In this document: piece after piece, positions 63,160 through 64,000 of the stretch
Position numbering within the stretch: the stretch's first letter is position 1
How the letters are laid out: each line of letters starts with the position of its first letter
Assembly (NCBI GenBank): GCA_028534125.1
Contig: CM052832.1
Span: 17,982,001-18,046,000, forward strand
Length of the DNA stretch: 64,000 bases
Origin: Lama glama
Taxonomy: Eukaryota
Direction: 5' to 3'
The notes under the pieces: model-generated
What the model was told of the DNA's origin: nothing
The model's input: the letters and a program-made list of their open reading frames with translations, nothing else
Database searches by the model: none
Translations under genes and position numbers: made by a program

Positions 63160-63620
63160 TTATGCAGGCGTTATTCTCTGCCGAGGAGCCGAAGGCGTGG
63201 GAGGATAAACAGGACCGCAGCTCCAGCAGGAAGACAGGCGAATTTAGCGCGCCAAGCTTGACCCTCCATTCCTAGGTCCAGATCAAAAGCCGCTGCCTTG
63301 ACCGCTGGGACCAATGTGATTGTTACCATGGAGACGGCGGAGCAGTGAATTGCACACAATTCCCGGCGCCTCTATTGCGTCATTTCCCGTCGCCAGCCCT
63401 TGGATCGGTCGCCCTGCTGGTATTAGCTGCGAGGCTGTTATCTAGTGGTAGTCAGAATTGTGTCTTCCGGAATGCTGCTTGACAGTACCCTTTTCCGTTT
63501 CGGAAAAGCTTTCTTATGGAGAATGCCCCGCTGTCAGTTAAGAGGTTGCAGCACCACCGCGCTCCGGACCGAGTTGTGGGAGCCTCTGGATGGGTCTAGA
63601 TGTATCCTGGCAACCACCTG
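63160..63620. promoter_or_regulatory. CpG-rich promoter-like region
   Basis: CpG-rich; CCAAT 63311, X-box-like GTTACCATGGAGAC 63322-63335, SBS-like cacacaattcccggcgcc 63353-63370. Confidence 0.65.
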
Positions 63621-64000
63621 GGCTCCAGGTGAAGTCTCAAGTCAGATTTGTTTTATGCTTCATCCTCAGAAACTTAGGCTTTTAAAAATAGGAATGTCCC
63701 AACTGTAAATGGAACCACCCAAATAAAATTGAGAAGATGCTTTCAATTAGGAAGAGTATCTCAAACTCTGTATCTACAAATTCTATTCAGAGAAGCCAGG
63801 AATCCAAGTACCTATCATATGGGTCTTTTCCACCATAACAGAGGACCTGTGGGAGCAGGAGGGTATCTTTTAAATAACTGATCCCTTTAACAGACCAATT
63901 TCATCACTGTGCTTCTTTTTACCTTCTCATCACCAATATCACAAGGTTTTATCTGAGGGGGAAAGACACATAGGAAAGAGAATGATTTTCAAGATTTACT

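Noticed and set aside
63490..63508. Hairpin CTTTTCCG-TTT-CGGAAAAG as a histone-type stem-loop
   Set aside because: Does not match the histone stem-loop consensus and there is no histone ORF.

Overview
Mammalian genomic DNA, very likely camelid: five copies of a tRNA-derived SINE match the camelid Vic-1 type, and I saw no Alu, Bov-A/tA or PRE1. Gene content is syntenic with the tRNA/zinc-finger segment of the extended MHC class I region (human 6p22.1). From left to right: a minus-strand tRNA cluster (1 intact Asp-GTC, 3 intact Ser-AGA, 2 decayed Asp relics); the complete KRAB zinc-finger gene ZNF184 on + (5 coding exons, 751 aa, 19 C2H2 fingers); and the KRAB-less ZNF391 on - (355 aa, 9 fingers). 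There are four CpG-rich promoter-like regions, two processed pseudogenes (EEF1D, YBX1) and many TEs (L1, L2, L3/CR1, MIR, MaLR/ERVL LTRs, hAT fossils). Repeat and gene names come from recalled consensus sequences, not a database search, and TE boundaries are approximate. I found no wholly new biological system. The most interesting unannotated structures are: a fossil KRAB-B exon retained as a probable uORF-bearing 5' UTR exon of ZNF391; an orphan ZNF143/CRE promoter between the two ZNF genes; a triplicated Asp-Ser tRNA cassette with one-sided decay and a conserved upstream block; and a near full-length YBX1 retrocopy antisense in the last ZNF184 intron.
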